Shown in pieces: positions 1 to 9,455 of a stretch of DNA of 64,000 nucleotides (position 1 is the first letter of the stretch; the number at the start of each line of letters is the position of its first letter). The DNA comes from Acidobacteriota bacterium (lineage in GTDB: Bacteria; Acidobacteriota; UBA6911; RPQK01; JAJDTT01). The notes beneath the pieces were generated by a model that saw only the letters and a program-made list of their open reading frames with translations, was not told the origin of the DNA and ran no database searches. The position numbers and the translations under genes are program-made. The DNA lies in contig OZ253580.1 in NCBI GenBank assembly GCA_965263035.1, positions 6,048,001 to 6,112,000 of the forward strand. Reading direction: 5' to 3'.

Positions 1-120
1 AGCGTCATCCCCTTTCCCCGCGGCCTGGATCAGTTCCTCGTTGATGTTCCCGCCACAGCTGCAGAGCAGAAGAAGAGAGGGGGCAAGCCAAGTCACAAAT
101 CCCCGAAAAGTCAGCATCAT
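1..120 (-). CDS. N-terminus of a putative lipoprotein, possibly ankyrin-repeat (runs off window start)
   Basis: Manual translation MMLTFRGFVTWLAPSLLLLCSCGGNINEELIQAAGKGDDA: hydrophobic signal with lipobox-like LCSC, ankyrin-like LIQAAGKGD, and an AGAAAGGAG RBS upstream. Confidence 0.55.
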   Translation of the reverse strand, partial: MMLTFRGFVTWLAPSLLLLCSCGGNINEELIQAAGKGDDA

Positions 121-288
121 GGGTCTCCTTTCTGAGTCGCGGGACGCGCGGACCGAGCAGTAACAGGTTCCGCCGCAGGAACGGCCCTCCGGGGCGTTCG
201 GGCCAACGAGCCCATCTCCGAATTGCCTCGGAGTTTCGGGCATGATAACACAGCACTCGGGGATTTCACCGGGGAGGAGACGAGCAGA

Positions 289-1983
289 TTGAAGCACCGG
301 AAACGGAAAAACCTGCGCAGCCGCGAGTGGTTCGACACTCCCGAACTGTACGGGTGGACTCGACAGGCGGCCTTGCAGGGACTCGGACTGGACCCCGCAG
401 TGTACCGGGACCGTCCCCTCATCGGCATCTGCAACACCTGGAGCGAGTTGACCCATTGCAATGCCCACCTGCGCACGTTGGCCCAGCGGGTCAAGGAGGG
501 GGTCTGGCAGGCCGGCGGGGTGCCCTTCGAATTTCCGGTCATCTCGTTGGGCGAGTTCAACATGCGCCCCACCTCCATGCTCTTCCGGAACCTCTTGAGC
601 ATGGACGTGGAGGAATGCATCCGGGCCAATCCTCTGGATGGGGTGGTCCTCCTGGGAGGTTGCGACAAGACCACGCCGGGACTGCTCATGGGCGCCGTGA
701 GTGCGGACGTGCCGGCGATTCTCGTGACCGGCGGGCCACAACTCACCGCCCACTGGCGAGGCCAGGAGTTGGGATCCTGCACCGATTGCAGGCGCTTCGA
801 GGCCGAACTTCGAGCCGGGAGGATCGGCCAAGAAGACTGGCTGGATCTCCAGGGCGCCATGGTCCGGAGTCCGGGCCACTGCATGACCATGGGCACGGCC
901 TCCACCCTGGCCACGCTGGCCGAAGCCCTGGGAATGGCACTGCCCGGGAACGCCGCCTACCCGGCGGCCGATTCCCGCCGAACGCGCTTGGCGCACCGGG
1001 CCGGACGCCAGATCGTGCGCCTGGTGGAACTGGACCTGAAACCTTCTCGGCTGCTGAGCGCCGGATCGTTCGACAACGCCATCCGCACCCTTCATGCCAT
1101 CGGCGGTTCCACCAACGCCATCGTTCATCTCCTCGCGGTGGCCGGGCGGACCGGCATCCCGCTGTCCCTCAAGAGGTTCGACGAACTGTCCCAGACCACG
1201 CCGGTGCTGCTGGATCTGAAGCCGGCCGGCCGCTTCCTGATGGAGGACTTCGCCTACGCGGGAGGGGCCCCGGCGCTCCTGAGTGAGATGGCGCCCCTGC
1301 TGGATCTGGACCAGCCGACGGTCACCGGTCTGAGCCTGGGCGAAAACCTCCAGGGGGCGCGCAACGACAATCCGGAAGTCATCCATCCCATGGACCGCCC
1401 TCTGGAGACCTCCGGCGGCCTGGCCGTTCTCTATGGATCCCTGGCCCCGGACGGATGCATCATCAAGCACAGCGCCGCCACGCCCGGACTTCTCCGCCAT
1501 GAGGGCCGGGCGGTGGTTTTCGAAGACCACCACGAACTACTGGAGGGAATCGACGGTCCGGACCTGGACGTCGGTCCCGAAGACGTGCTGGTGCTTCGGG
1601 GCGTCGGCCCCCTCGGCGGGCCGGGCATGCCCGAGTGGGGCTTGCTCCCGATCCCTCGAAAGCTGCTCCGAGCGGGCGTTCAGGACATGGTCCGGATCAG
1701 CGACTCACGTATCAGCGGCACGGCTCGAGGCACGGTGGTGGTCCACGTCTGTCCGGAAAGCGTGGCGGGAGGTCCTCTGGCCGCAGTCCGGACCGGCGAT
1801 CGTATCCGGCTGGACGTCCCCGCGCGGCGGTTGGACCTCCTGGTGGAGCCCCGAGAGATCCAGCGCCGGATGGCAGGCATCCGTTCGACCGTCCGCCCCG
1901 CCGCGAGAGGCTACCGCCGGCTCTACTTCGAGCACGTCCTGCAGGCCGACCAGGGATGTGATTTCGATTTCCTGCAGGCGTAG
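289..1983 (+). CDS. IlvD/Edd family dehydratase (dihydroxy-acid or sugar-acid dehydratase)
   Basis: Motifs PLIGICNTWSELTHCNAH, GGCDKTTPG, GHCMTMGTAST, GGSTNA, GGPGMPE, SDSRISGT. TTG start at 289 follows GGGGAGGA; the ORF track starts at 223. Confidence 0.9.
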   Translation: MKHRKRKNLRSREWFDTPELYGWTRQAALQGLGLDPAVYRDRPLIGICNTWSELTHCNAHLRTLAQRVKEGVWQAGGVPFEFPVISLGEFNMRPTSMLFRNLLSMDVEECIRANPLDGVVLLGGCDKTTPGLLMGAVSADVPAILVTGGPQLTAHWRGQELGSCTDCRRFEAELRAGRIGQEDWLDLQGAMVRSPGHCMTMGTASTLATLAEALGMALPGNAAYPAADSRRTRLAHRAGRQIVRLVELDLKPSRLLSAGSFDNAIRTLHAIGGSTNAIVHLLAVAGRTGIPLSLKRFDELSQTTPVLLDLKPAGRFLMEDFAYAGGAPALLSEMAPLLDLDQPTVTGLSLGENLQGARNDNPEVIHPMDRPLETSGGLAVLYGSLAPDGCIIKHSAATPGLLRHEGRAVVFEDHHELLEGIDGPDLDVGPEDVLVLRGVGPLGGPGMPEWGLLPIPRKLLRAGVQDMVRISDSRISGTARGTVVVHVCPESVAGGPLAAVRTGDRIRLDVPARRLDLLVEPREIQRRMAGIRSTVRPAARGYRRLYFEHVLQADQGCDFDFLQA

Positions 1984-2250
1984 GGAGCGGCGGTTTCCAA
2001 CCGCCGAACAGGAGCGGCGACTTTCTTGTCGCCGACAGGGGGGCAGGGGGGACGGAGTCCCCACTTTACACTTTCCGGCCCCTACACTATCCGGCCGCCG
2101 AATCGAATAGGGACACAGAAGAGCAGGCGGCAAGAAAGCCGCCTGGCCCAGTGGGCGACAAGAAAGTCGCCCCTCCAGCAGGCGGCAAGAAAGCCGCTTG
2201 GCCCGGTGGGCGATTAGAAATCGCCCCTCCCAGTGGGCGGCAAGAAAGCT
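1983..2250. repeat. REP/REPIN-like hairpin cluster A
   Basis: Several short palindromes (GGCGGTTTCCAACCGCC, GGCGACTTTCTTGTCGCC, GGCGGCAAGAAAGCCGCC, GGCGATTAGAAATCGCC) between convergent genes; similar to 12613-12741. Confidence 0.8.
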
Positions 2251-2287
2251 GTCCCTCCTCGTCGCCTCTCCACGGTCTTCTTCCCGT

Positions 2288-4072
2288 TTACCTTTGCCGC
2301 AGGCACCAGCGGACCGCGTTCTTCATGAGCCGCTGGTACATGGGGTGAAACAGGGGTTCGGCCGGGTGGCCGGCAGCCAGGTGGCAGACTCTTCCCTTCC
2401 CCACCTCGCGGACCCATCCGGCCGGGACCGCGATTCCGTTGTCCATACGACTTTCCAGGATCATGTGGACCTGGCTCTCGTCGTACAGGACCGGCGTGTG
2501 CTGCTCGTCCGCCGTCGTGAAATCGCTGACGCCCTCGGTGATGGGATGGTCCGGGTCCACGACCTCGATGCGGAAGCGCTCGTAGGGTCCGTGGCCGATG
2601 TAACGGCCTCCCACCAGCTTCAGGTAGGGTCCGGCGGGCGGATACAGCCCCAGGGAGTTGTGGAGATTCAGGAAGGATCCGCCCTTGTCGACGAATTCCG
2701 CCACGGCCCGCTCCTGATCCAGGGTCATCCAGGTCTTGATCTCCCCATGAAGGGGATCCACCAGCGTTCTCAAAGGCTCCCGGCCCTCGCCCACGCGCTC
2801 CACCTGACGGCCGTCCCGCAGAATCACCAGCAACTGGACCCGAGACAGGTTCTCCGCTGAAAGAGCGTTCACATCCACGGTGAAGTGGGGCGTGACGCCG
2901 GTGGCCTGGAAAACCAGAGTCAGTGCTTTCCGGATCGGAGCGGGTGGATGGGGGCTGTCCCCAATCAGGACCAGCGCGTGGGGACTGGAGTCGCCGGGCT
3001 GGGGTGGACGGCCATGGAACGGAGCGTTGGGGACCGTGAGCTCCGTGTAGACATGCGCGATCTGAGCTTCCCTGGGGCGCGTATGGGTGGTCCAGTACTG
3101 GAGCCCGTCGGGAATCCGGACGTATTTCTGGACCTCGGGCAGGGAGTATCCGATGGCGATCCCATAGGCGACCTCGTCCCGGAGCTCCACCATCAGGTCC
3201 CGAAGCCGTCCCACCATGTTCGGACCGGTCCAGGAACCGAATCCGGGCACCACTTCCCGGGCGCCAAGTTCATGAAGGCGATCCAGAACGCCGATCCAGG
3301 CTGCGGTGTCTTTCCCCTTCGGGTTGAAACGGATCCCGTTCATCACCGAGGGCCCACCAAACAGAACTTTGTCCCGCTGGAGATACAGGGCCCCGGCCCC
3401 CTCGTCCCAAACCTCGTCCAGGGGCAGGAACTGGATGGACCGGGCGGGATCTCCCACGAACCCCGGCTTTGACAGCGCCGTCACCAGGGCTGGTTCCAGA
3501 TCCGGAATTCCGGCCAGCAGGCGCTCCCGAATCCGGGGCGAGGTCACGATCTGGGTGACGCCCGCCTTGAGCAGCGCCCGGACCAGCGGAGCGATGGGAT
3601 CCAGCCCCATGGGCTCGGCGGAGCGATACCAGCGCTTCTCCACCGGGTCGTAGGCCGAGGAGGTCCCCCAGGACGGATCTTCCCAGATATGCGTCAAGAC
3701 CAGCCGCCGCGCAGGGCGCTTGCCCCCGCTCGTGACCCGAGCCAGATAGGCATCGACCGATCTGCCCCGGGGCAGATCGATGAGCAGGGTTTCCCCGTCC
3801 AACTCCACCCATCCGCAGTTGGCGCTGGCGAATTGGTGGGAGAAGCCGGCGGCGTGAACCCCCGGGGCCAGTTCCGCGTGATGAGGGAGGAGCTGCTGGT
3901 GCGACTCGGCAATCATCGGCGCCGTGGAGAGTACCAAAATCAGCAACAAACCCACGGTTCCAAGCTCCCGGGAACGCGGAATGGTTCCCGAATGCCTCAA
4001 GTCCCTGGCCCGAGTCATCGAATGGGCCCCAATTTGTAATGACATTTCGATCCTCCCTGAAAACCAGGACAC
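2288..4072 (-). CDS. Secreted MBL-fold (degenerate) plus C-terminal ThuA-like domain protein
   Basis: N-terminal ANCGWV..LLID..VLTH and VVPGFG (MBL fold); C-terminal FVDKGGSFLNLH, DHPITEG, GKGRVCHLAAGH (ThuA/class I GAT). Start uncertain. Confidence 0.7.
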   Translation of the reverse strand: MSWFSGRIEMSLQIGAHSMTRARDLRHSGTIPRSRELGTVGLLLILVLSTAPMIAESHQQLLPHHAELAPGVHAAGFSHQFASANCGWVELDGETLLIDLPRGRSVDAYLARVTSGGKRPARRLVLTHIWEDPSWGTSSAYDPVEKRWYRSAEPMGLDPIAPLVRALLKAGVTQIVTSPRIRERLLAGIPDLEPALVTALSKPGFVGDPARSIQFLPLDEVWDEGAGALYLQRDKVLFGGPSVMNGIRFNPKGKDTAAWIGVLDRLHELGAREVVPGFGSWTGPNMVGRLRDLMVELRDEVAYGIAIGYSLPEVQKYVRIPDGLQYWTTHTRPREAQIAHVYTELTVPNAPFHGRPPQPGDSSPHALVLIGDSPHPPAPIRKALTLVFQATGVTPHFTVDVNALSAENLSRVQLLVILRDGRQVERVGEGREPLRTLVDPLHGEIKTWMTLDQERAVAEFVDKGGSFLNLHNSLGLYPPAGPYLKLVGGRYIGHGPYERFRIEVVDPDHPITEGVSDFTTADEQHTPVLYDESQVHMILESRMDNGIAVPAGWVREVGKGRVCHLAAGHPAEPLFHPMYQRLMKNAVRWCLRQR

Positions 4073-4173
4073 GGTTGGCGGATGGCCGCGGCGGCCGGAC
4101 CCGGCGTCAGTCTACTATGGCCAGGAGCCCGCCGTGACGGCTATCCCGCCACTCGATCCGCACTTCGACAAAG

Positions 4174-5157
4174 TCAAGGGACCAGAACGGCGGCTCCATC
4201 CAGTTCGCCCTGCTTCAACCGCCTGAGGGCTTCGTTGGCCTCGGTGAGAGGGAACTCCTCGGTCTCGGTGCGCACCGGAACCCGTGGAGCCAACTCCAGG
4301 AACTCCACCGCATCCTTCCGGGTCAGGTTGGCCACCGAACAGAGCCGGCGCTCCTCCCACAGGAGGCGGTAGGGAAACGACGGGATGTCACTCATGTGGA
4401 TTCCACCGCAGACCACCGTTCCTCCCTTGCCCACGGCTTCGAGCGCCACCGGCACCAGCGGACCCACCGGAGCGAAGATGACGGCGGCATCCAGAGGGTG
4501 CGGCGGCTTCCGTTGCGAGCCCCCGGCCCAGACCGCTCCCAGGGAACGGGCGAAGTCCTGCGCCGTCCCATCGCCGGGACGGGTGAAGGCGTAGACGCTT
4601 CTGCCCTGGTGACGGGCGACCTGAGCGACGATATGGGCCGCCGCTCCGAACCCGTAGAGACCCAGACGCCGTCCCGGACCGGCCATGACCAGCGACCGAT
4701 AGCCGATGAGGCCGGCACACAAAAGGGGAGCCGCCTTCACATCCGAGTACTCCCGGGGGATGGGAAAGCAGAAGCGCTCGTGAGCCAGCACCTGCTCGGC
4801 GTAGCCTCCGTTCAAGGTATATCCGGTAAACTGGGCTCTCGAGCAGAGATTCTCCCGTTCCGACCGGCAGTAGTCGCACTGTCCGCAGGTCCATCCCAAC
4901 CAGGGGATTCCGACCCGGTCGCCGATGCCGTGCCGCCCCACGCCGGGACCCAACTGGGTCACGACACCCACGATTTCATGCCCAGGGATGATGGGCAGCT
5001 TGGGGTCGGTCAGATCTCCGTCCACGACGTGGAGATCGGTTCGGCACACGGCGCAGGCCCGCACCTTGACCCTCACCTGACCCGGGCCGGGCTGCAAGGG
5101 CGGCAGATCCACTGCCTCCAGCCTCGTCCCCGGCTGCTTCAGGATCATGGCCCGCAT
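4174..5157 (-). CDS. Zinc-dependent alcohol dehydrogenase family protein
   Basis: CRTDLH, GHE, CGQCDYC..C and GLYGFGAAA motifs. Confidence 0.92.
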   Translation of the reverse strand: MRAMILKQPGTRLEAVDLPPLQPGPGQVRVKVRACAVCRTDLHVVDGDLTDPKLPIIPGHEIVGVVTQLGPGVGRHGIGDRVGIPWLGWTCGQCDYCRSERENLCSRAQFTGYTLNGGYAEQVLAHERFCFPIPREYSDVKAAPLLCAGLIGYRSLVMAGPGRRLGLYGFGAAAHIVAQVARHQGRSVYAFTRPGDGTAQDFARSLGAVWAGGSQRKPPHPLDAAVIFAPVGPLVPVALEAVGKGGTVVCGGIHMSDIPSFPYRLLWEERRLCSVANLTRKDAVEFLELAPRVPVRTETEEFPLTEANEALRRLKQGELDGAAVLVP

Positions 5158-5158
5158 G

Positions 5159-5983
5159 TCAATGCTCCCGCCGGAGTCCGCCTGCGGTCCCCTGAAGATG
5201 GTCCAACAGGCAGTAGAGGAAGGACTCCAGCTCGTCCGGATGCTGAAGCTGGTAGTGGGCTTCGGTGGCCGAATCGCCCCCGCTCACGACGAAGGTCAGT
5301 CCCTCGTCGCTCAGCGCCTGAAACGCCGTCTCATCGTCTGGGTGCGTCCCCACGTAGAGGGGGATCCGACCGGATCCCGGCGGCGCCAATTCAGCCGCGA
5401 TCCGTGTCGCGGCCCGGCCCCGATCCCATTCCAGCCGGGGACGCACCTGTAGTCCGTCCCGGCCCCGCATCTTCCGGAGTTGAGGATATCCTCTCAGAAC
5501 CGAATCGAGAACTCGCTCCACCTCATCCGAATCAGCCCGGACCGCCGGATCCAGATGGAGGCGCAGGGTGATGTCCCTGGGGTCTACCAGAACTCCGTTC
5601 GTTCCAAGGTACGCTTGGACCAGATCGGCAGCAAGGGAGCGAATCTGCAACACCCACTCCGCCTTGGTTCGCGACCGGCCGCTCAATCCCGGTCCCGAGA
5701 AATCCAACCCGTCGCTGCCGGCGTGATACAGGCCGTCGATATCCACCATGGAGGCCAGATCCTGCCGTCCGCGCCGGCTCACGATCACCGTGGGACAGAG
5801 ACCGGCCAATTGGCGGAGCACCTCTTTCATCCCCCGGGACAGAACCGCCATGTCCTCTCGGGAGACCAGAGGCGCCAGCGCCCCGTCGTAGGACAGAAAA
5901 AGCAGCGGCTGCCGACCCTGAAGGCGATGCCTGATCCGCGGCCAGTGGGCCGGGGCAGCCGGCAACCGGCGATCCCGCACCAT
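5159..5983 (-). CDS. Trehalose-phosphatase (OtsB)-like HAD protein with degenerate catalytic motifs
   Basis: LFLSYDGALAP, VRPRLEWDRGRA, YVGTHPDDETAF. Start placed at ATG 5983 after GGAGG. Confidence 0.7.
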   Translation of the reverse strand: MVRDRRLPAAPAHWPRIRHRLQGRQPLLFLSYDGALAPLVSREDMAVLSRGMKEVLRQLAGLCPTVIVSRRGRQDLASMVDIDGLYHAGSDGLDFSGPGLSGRSRTKAEWVLQIRSLAADLVQAYLGTNGVLVDPRDITLRLHLDPAVRADSDEVERVLDSVLRGYPQLRKMRGRDGLQVRPRLEWDRGRAATRIAAELAPPGSGRIPLYVGTHPDDETAFQALSDEGLTFVVSGGDSATEAHYQLQHPDELESFLYCLLDHLQGTAGGLRREH

Positions 5984-6110
5984 CCCCACCTCCAGATACT
6001 CCGGTGTCAGTGTCGTCGGGTCCGCATTGTTTCTTCCCCTTCCCACCGAGTCAATTGAACCTGCCGTGCCTTGACTCGCCCCGGTGCGGAAACTACCATC
6101 CCGAACCATC

Positions 6111-7316
6111 ATGTACGCGCGTCAACTCGTCGGTTTCTCCTGGTGCATCCTGCTGGCGGCCGGAAGCATGGTCCTGGCTCAATCGTCCGATCGCCCGGTG
6201 AACTGGAAGGAACTTCCCGAACCGTTCCACACCAAATCGTCCAGCAACCGTCCGCAGGTCGTCCCTCGCCCTGAAGGTGCAAAACTCAATCTCCCCAACG
6301 GCTTCCATGGCGAAGTCATCGCCAGCGGTTTCGAGCGTCCTCGTTTCATGCTCCTGGGTCCCACCGGAGAGGTTCTGGTGACCGACAGCGGCAAGCGAAA
6401 TGAGCCCACCGGGTCGGTGACCCGACTATTGCCCGGGAAACGCACCGTCCTGCTGGAAGGATTGGACCGCCCTTACGGATTGGCTCGGTACAGAGGTTAC
6501 CTTTACGTGGGCGAGCCCACTTCCATCAAGCGCTACCCCTACCAAAATCAACAGATAACGGGCGAGGGGGAGGAAGTCTTCTCCCTGGCGGGATTCGGCA
6601 AGGGGCACTGGACTCGGACCCTCCTCTTCGACCGGCAGCGGGAGAAGCTCTACGTGACGGTGGGATCCAGTTCCAACATCGGCAAGGGAGATCCGCCGGT
6701 CCGTGCGGCCATCAACCGGATCAATCCCGACGGCAGCGGACACGACATCTTCGCCACCGGTCTGCGCAACACCGTGGGCTTGCGCTGGCGCCCGGGGACG
6801 GATGAGCTCTGGGGCAGCGTGCAGGAACGGGACGGCCTGGGCGACGATCTGGTGGACGACTACCTGGTCCACATCAAGCAGGGCAGATTCTACGGCTTTC
6901 CTGACGCGTATTCCGGCCCCCACAAGGAGCCGCGGCACCAGGAGACGGACCAGGAGAAGGTCGACAGCAGCCTCTATCCGGACGTCCAGCTGGGCGCCCA
7001 TGTCTCGGTCCTGGACATCCTTTTCTACAGCGGCAGCCAGTTCCCCGAGAAATTTCACGGAGGCCTCTTCCTGGCCTTTCACGGCTCTTCCAACCGATCG
7101 GTGCGAGTCGGATATTCCATCGCCTTCATCCCCTTCCTGAAGGGGCGCCCCACCTCAGGCCCCACCGACTTCCTCTCGGGCTGGATGTTGGCGCCCGATC
7201 GGCCGGAGGTCTGGGGACGGCCCGTGGGTCTGCTGCAGATGATCGACGGGTCGCTGCTGATCTCCGAGGACGGGGCCGGCACGATCTGGCGGGTGTCCTA
7301 CGAACCCAAGAGCTAG
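6111..7316 (+). CDS. PQQ-dependent sugar/sorbosone dehydrogenase family beta-propeller
   Basis: Signal peptide; HWTR, LYVTVGSSSN, ATGLRNTVG, ERDGLGDDL, HGSSNRS and GRPVGL motifs. Confidence 0.85.
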   Translation: MYARQLVGFSWCILLAAGSMVLAQSSDRPVNWKELPEPFHTKSSSNRPQVVPRPEGAKLNLPNGFHGEVIASGFERPRFMLLGPTGEVLVTDSGKRNEPTGSVTRLLPGKRTVLLEGLDRPYGLARYRGYLYVGEPTSIKRYPYQNQQITGEGEEVFSLAGFGKGHWTRTLLFDRQREKLYVTVGSSSNIGKGDPPVRAAINRINPDGSGHDIFATGLRNTVGLRWRPGTDELWGSVQERDGLGDDLVDDYLVHIKQGRFYGFPDAYSGPHKEPRHQETDQEKVDSSLYPDVQLGAHVSVLDILFYSGSQFPEKFHGGLFLAFHGSSNRSVRVGYSIAFIPFLKGRPTSGPTDFLSGWMLAPDRPEVWGRPVGLLQMIDGSLLISEDGAGTIWRVSYEPKS

Positions 7317-7420
7317 GAGTCTCACGGCAGGCGTCGCCGCGGGCTGACAATCACGGCGCGAAACGGCGCACAGGCCCACTCCGGCGATGGCCCAATGCGT
7401 TCCGGACGGGAGCGGACCTT

Positions 7421-8071
7421 ATGTCGGGGAAGAGCTTGAGCCAGGTCGGCTACGCCCTCAGCGCGCCGCTTCTGTTCGGCTTGACCCTCTTCTCTTCCCC
7501 GGATTTCTCCCACCCGATTCATCTCGATCTGGGCCTGGCCTGCACCCGGTGCCACGCCGGAGCCGAGACCAGCCGTCAGGCCGGCGATCAAATCTTTCCG
7601 CAACCCGCGGTCTGCCTTTCCTGTCACTCGGGCGGCAAGGCCACAAACCTCGATCCGGCTCGGCTCAGCTGGTCCGCTCCGGAACGAATCTACCGCTTCG
7701 ATCACGGTTTCCACGTCCGGCTGGGCAACCTGGCGCCCTTTCTGGCATCAGCCATCGACGGGGGAAGCTATTTCGGCTCTCCCCATATCCGGCCGCAATT
7801 GGAAAACGCCGACGGCTGCACCGCCTGCCACCGGGGACTCGACACCAGCGAGGCCACGCCTCTTCCCGTCATGTCCGACTGCCTGGTCTGCCACTCGGAG
7901 ATCGACAACCCGTTCAGCTGCAGCTACTGCCACCTGGAGGGGGTGAACCTGCGCCCGGCCGACCACACTCAGGAGTTCGCCGACCTCCACTCCACGGGCA
8001 AGATCCAACTGGACAAGGCCAGTTGCCTGCCCTGCCATGGAACCAACTTCGAATGCCGAGGCTGCCATTGA
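7421..8071 (+). CDS. Small multiheme cytochrome c (7 CxxCH, c3-like)
   Basis: CTRCH, CLSCH, CTACH, CLVCH, CSYCH, CLPCH, CRGCH, plus FSHPIH and FDHGFH distal-His motifs. Confidence 0.85.
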   Translation: MSGKSLSQVGYALSAPLLFGLTLFSSPDFSHPIHLDLGLACTRCHAGAETSRQAGDQIFPQPAVCLSCHSGGKATNLDPARLSWSAPERIYRFDHGFHVRLGNLAPFLASAIDGGSYFGSPHIRPQLENADGCTACHRGLDTSEATPLPVMSDCLVCHSEIDNPFSCSYCHLEGVNLRPADHTQEFADLHSTGKIQLDKASCLPCHGTNFECRGCH

Positions 8072-9369
8072 AACCGATACTGCCCAACGAATTCGGTGGA
8101 ACTGACGCCCCCTTCCTCCCCACTGCCGAGATGAGCCGCCACAACGGCCTCCTCTACGTCGTGTCCATGTGCATCTTCATGTTCGCGGCGCCGGTGGTCT
8201 ACGTGGGAGTGGTCCAGGCCGGGCTGCTGGACAAGCTGGGGGCCAGCGCCATGGTCGCCAACCTCCCGGCCTCCACCTATCTCCTGGGCGCCTTTGCACC
8301 GCCCCTCCTGTCGTGGCTGGTCCCCCACCGGTTCGTCCGAACCACCGCCGTCGTCGCCTGCGCCGTGACCACCACCATGATCTCGGTGGTCTGTATCTGT
8401 CTCTTCGCCCCGGTCAGCGATATGGCCCGCTTGACCGCCGTCATCGGCCAGGGCCTGATCCAGGGTTTTTCCGCCTACACCTTCCAGGTGTACAAGTACC
8501 AGTGCCTGAAACGCGGCACCACACCCGAAGGGCGGGCCTGGGCCTTCAAATGGACGTTCGCCCTGGGTCCCATCTTCGCCGTGGCCGGCTCCCTCTGGGC
8601 CCAGTACATCCTGGGGGGCGGGATCGAGTGGCTCCCCTATCCCTACGACTTCGCCCTGCTCTACCTGATCGGGGCGCCCTGCATGGGCATGGCCTGCTAC
8701 CTGACGAGCCGATACGATCTGGCGCGGGTCCCGGAAACTCCGCGTCAACGCTTCGTCCAATACTACGCGGACAGCTTCAGGTCCTTCGTTCGTCAGCCCA
8801 CCCTGGTCTACCTGTGGCTGGGCTTCTTCATGTGGTTCATGGTCTTCACCGCCATGCCCACCCTCTCCCTCTACAGCCGGGAGGTTCTGGGCGGCGACCC
8901 CAAGGACTACTCGGGTTGGGTGATGGCCCTTCGCTTCGGCTTCAAGGCCGTGGCGGGGTACGCCCTGGGCGTCATCGCGTTGCGGTACGGCCTGCGGTCT
9001 CCCCTCTTCGTCTGCATGGTGCTGTTGGGGACCTCCATCATCTGGGGCTGGGCGGTTCCCGGCTACTTCTACCTGCTCGCCTTCGGATTGATGGGAGCCG
9101 GTGAGCTGGGGGGCGCCTACTTCCCCAACTACATCGTCGGGATCTCATCACCCGCGCTCTCCACCATGAACATGTCGATCCTGATGATGACCAGTTGCGC
9201 CAGCTTCTTCGCTCCCACCACCCACGGGGCCCTGGCGGACCACTTCGGATTCCATGCCAGCTTCATCTTCGCCCTGGTCGCGGCCGTCGTCTCCCTGTTC
9301 CTGATTGCCAAACTGCCCAAGCTCCGGGCCCAGGACGAGGCAACGAGTTCGTCGGCCACGGAGGGATAG
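8068..9369 (+). CDS. MFS-type transporter
   Basis: About 12 hydrophobic segments. TTG start overlaps the cytochrome stop; the N-terminal extension of the 7387 ORF is spurious. Confidence 0.75.
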   Translation: MKPILPNEFGGTDAPFLPTAEMSRHNGLLYVVSMCIFMFAAPVVYVGVVQAGLLDKLGASAMVANLPASTYLLGAFAPPLLSWLVPHRFVRTTAVVACAVTTTMISVVCICLFAPVSDMARLTAVIGQGLIQGFSAYTFQVYKYQCLKRGTTPEGRAWAFKWTFALGPIFAVAGSLWAQYILGGGIEWLPYPYDFALLYLIGAPCMGMACYLTSRYDLARVPETPRQRFVQYYADSFRSFVRQPTLVYLWLGFFMWFMVFTAMPTLSLYSREVLGGDPKDYSGWVMALRFGFKAVAGYALGVIALRYGLRSPLFVCMVLLGTSIIWGWAVPGYFYLLAFGLMGAGELGGAYFPNYIVGISSPALSTMNMSILMMTSCASFFAPTTHGALADHFGFHASFIFALVAAVVSLFLIAKLPKLRAQDEATSSSATEG

Positions 9370-9455
9370 CGTCGAATGCCGCTACGGCGTTGCTAAGGGC
9401 CGTTCGGAAACATGTGCGCGCTCAGAACCAGCGACGGCGAGCTCCCCGGTGAGAT

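Noticed and set aside
7387-8067. 660-aa ORF suggesting dual coding over the cytochrome gene
   Set aside because: The N-terminal 227 aa are low-complexity off-frame read-through typical of high GC; the transporter plausibly starts at 8068 or later.
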